In this document: in pieces, positions 61,401-64,000 of the stretch
Layout of the letters: the number at the start of each line of letters is the position of its first letter
Position numbering within the stretch: the stretch's first letter is position 1
Source of the DNA: Balanoglossus misakiensis
Lineage: Eukaryota > Animalia > Hemichordata
Reading direction: 5' to 3'
DNA: 64,000 bases
Assembly: GCA_040954595.2 (NCBI GenBank)
Contig: CM082590.2
Coordinates: 8,557,764-8,621,763, forward strand
Translations under genes and position numbers: made by a program
Notes under the pieces: model-generated
Databases searched by the model: none
What the model saw: only the letters and a program-made list of their open reading frames with translations
What the model was told of the DNA's origin: nothing

Positions 61401-63670
61401 AGGAGATCAACTAATTCTTGCATAAGACAGAATTTACCATAGTGCATTACTTTTCATCGAGACTGGTTTCTAACCTGGCTTTTTGCCTTTATTTGATTCT
61501 GCTTTGTTTCAGGATGACCGTACTAGTCACTTCTATTTTTTATACTATTTTAAAATATTTGTCTATTTTGTGTTTGGCTTTAATTAACAGAGTGTGTGTT
61601 GTTTGTTTATGTCTGTATGGGATTGTGAGCTTTCTAGAAAATGGGAGTGTACTATGGATGTAGTTCGAAGCCAAACACAGGCTGTAATAACTTATGATTC
61701 TCACAGTTTTGTTTGTTTTTATTAACAGGATGATAATGATATCACCTTGGTAACCTAGATTTGGATTGACATGCTCCAAACACTTAGTCAGAAACCATGG
61801 ATACACGGACCATGAATGGAAAAGGTGAGAACAGTTGACTTCATTGACTTCTCAGTTTCCTTACTCTCATGCAACTGATAACAGCATTGATCATAAAGAT
61901 GAGGTTACTGATTTTACTGAAAGGAGATCAACTAATTCTTGCATAAGACAGAATTTACCATAGTGCATTACTTTTCATCGAGATTGGTTTCTAACCTGGC
62001 TTTTTGCCTTTATTTGATTCTGCTTTGTTTCAGGATGACCGTACTAGTCACTTCTATTTTTTATACTATTTTAAAATATTTGTCTATTTTGTGTTTGGCT
62101 TCAATTAACAGAGTGTGTGTTGTTTGTTTATGTCTGTATGGGATTGTGAGCTTTCTAGAAAATGGGAGTGTACTGTGGATGTAGTTCGAAGCCAAACACA
62201 GGCTGTAATAACTTATGTTTCTCACAGTTTTGTTTGTTTTTATTAACAGGATGAAAATGATATTTCCTTGGTAACCTAGGTTTTCAAAGTTTGGATTGAT
62301 ATGCTCGAAACAGCAGTCAGAAACCATGGATACGGACCATGAATGGAAAAGGTGAGAACAGTTGACTTCATTGACTTCTCAGTTTCCTTACTCTCATGCA
62401 ACTGATAACAGCATTGATCATAAAGATGAGGTTACTGATTTTACTGAAAGGAGATCAACTAATTCTTGCATAAGACAGAATTTACCATAGTGCATTACTT
62501 TTCATCGAGACTGGTTTCTAACCTGGCTTTTTGCCTTTATTTGATTCTGCTTTGTTTCAGGATGACCGTACTAGTCACTTCTATTTTTTATACTATTTTA
62601 AAATATTTGTCTATTTTGTGTTTGGCTTCAATTAACAGAGTGTGTGTTGTTTGTTTATGTCTGTATGGGATTGTGAGCTTTCTAGAAAATGGGAGTGTAC
62701 TGTGGATGTAGTTCGAAGCCAAACACAGGCTGTAATGTCTTATGATTCTCACAGTTTTGTTTGTTTTTATTAACAGGATGAAAATGATATTTCCTTGGTA
62801 ACCTAGGTTTTCAAAGTTTGGATTGATATGCTCGAAACAGCAGTCAGAAACCATGGATACGGACCATGAATGGAAAAGGTGAGAACAGTTGACTTCATTG
62901 ACTTCTCAGTTTCCTTACTCTCATGCAACTGATAACATTATTGATAGACAAAGATGAGGTTACTGATTTTACTGAAAGGAGATCAACTAATTCTTGCATA
63001 AGACAGAATTTACCATAGTGCATTACTTTTCATCGAGACTGGTTTCTAACCTGGCTTTTTGCCTTTATTTGATTCTGCTTTGTTTCAGGATGACCGTACT
63101 AGTCACTTCTATTTTTTATACTATTTTAAAATATTTGTCTATTTTGTGTTTGGCTTCAATTAACAGAGTGTGTGTTGTTTGTTTATGTCTGTATGGGATT
63201 GTGAGCTTTCTAGAAAATGGGAGTGTAGTGTACTATGGATATAGTTCGGAGCCAAACACAGGCTGTAATAACTTATGATTCTCACAGTTTTGTTTGTTTT
63301 TATTAACAGGATGATAATGATATCACCTTGGTAACCTAGATTTGGATTGACATGCTCCAAACACTTAGTCAGAAACCATGGATACACGGACCATGAATGG
63401 AAAAGGTGAGAACAGTTGACTTCATTGACTTCTCAGTTTCCTTACTCTCATGCAACTGATAACAGCATTGATAGACAAAGATGAGAATATTGATTTTAGT
63501 GAAAGCCTATCAAACAATTCTTGAATGACTCCAAGAAGAGATATTTCTGATAGTGTTTTGTGAATTCAAACATTGAGACATTGTTTTTCTAACCTGGCTT
63601 TTTGCCTTTATTTGGTTCTGTCTGCTTTCTTTCAGGATGAACACACTTGTCACTTCTATTTTTTATACTT
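55480..63670 (+). repeat. Tandem array of a ~520-570-bp unit, about 15 copies, each with splice acceptor and donor signals
   Basis: Recurring TTTTTATTAACAG|GATGA...ATGGAAAAG|GTGAGA and TTCTAAC...TTTGTTTCAG|GATGA. More variable between copies than the other two arrays; the edge copies are the most diverged. Confidence 0.95.
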
Positions 63671-63783
63671 TTTATTATATCGATTTATGGTTATCTTTAT
63701 TGAAAATTGTGAAATGAAAATCACAAATTTTCCATGCCGAACTGAATTGTAATATAATGTGACTGGTATGTTTTTTTTCACAG

Positions 63784-63904
63784 GTATGAGATGTTCGTTT
63801 GAGCTGATGTGTGGGCCGTCCACATTCCAGACCTGAGTACCTTGTACACCACATCGTAGAACAGAGCTGCTCAGTTTGAATTTGTGATTGACATCATGAA
63901 TAAA
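63784..63904 (+). other. Possible terminal exon with poly(A) signal
   Basis: TTTTTTTTCACAG acceptor ending at 63783; AATAAA at 63899-63904. Confidence 0.35.
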
Positions 63905-64000
63905 CAGTCAGACAGCCAAGTCCTTAGTTGCATATTGGCAGTCAACAGATAAGAGAACTGTTTCTGTCTAAAATGTATAAGACACACTCAAAAATAAATT

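Noticed and set aside
55920-63387. Short ORFs in the third array
   Set aside because: Inconsistent between copies because of indels and stops, with low-complexity composition.

Overview
Eukaryotic animal DNA: spliceosomal introns, C2H2 zinc-finger genes, TRIM-NHL genes and a neuropeptide GPCR. The gene content suggests an invertebrate deuterostome such as a hemichordate or echinoderm (inference only). Layout: (1) 1-17400, about 200 near-identical copies of an 87-bp satellite, which produces the giant repeat ORFs. (2) 17401-24316, an abutting array of about 12.5 copies of a 552/533-bp unit; 12 copies carry, on the minus strand, a Pol III type-2-like cassette (A box, B box, T6) next to palindromic motifs. 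(3) A 3-exon kisspeptin-receptor-like GPCR. (4) Four C2H2 zinc-finger genes plus decayed copies; three of them, and the decayed copies, share an N-terminal exon module I do not recognise. (5) A 5.4-kb tandem duplication with two intronless RING-Bbox-CC-filamin-NHL TRIM genes. (6) A divergent promoter followed by a third array (about 15 copies of ~540 bp) whose unit looks like an exon plus intron. Several MITEs and microsatellites are interspersed. All gene models were assembled by eye from splice signals and phase; no database search or expression data was available.
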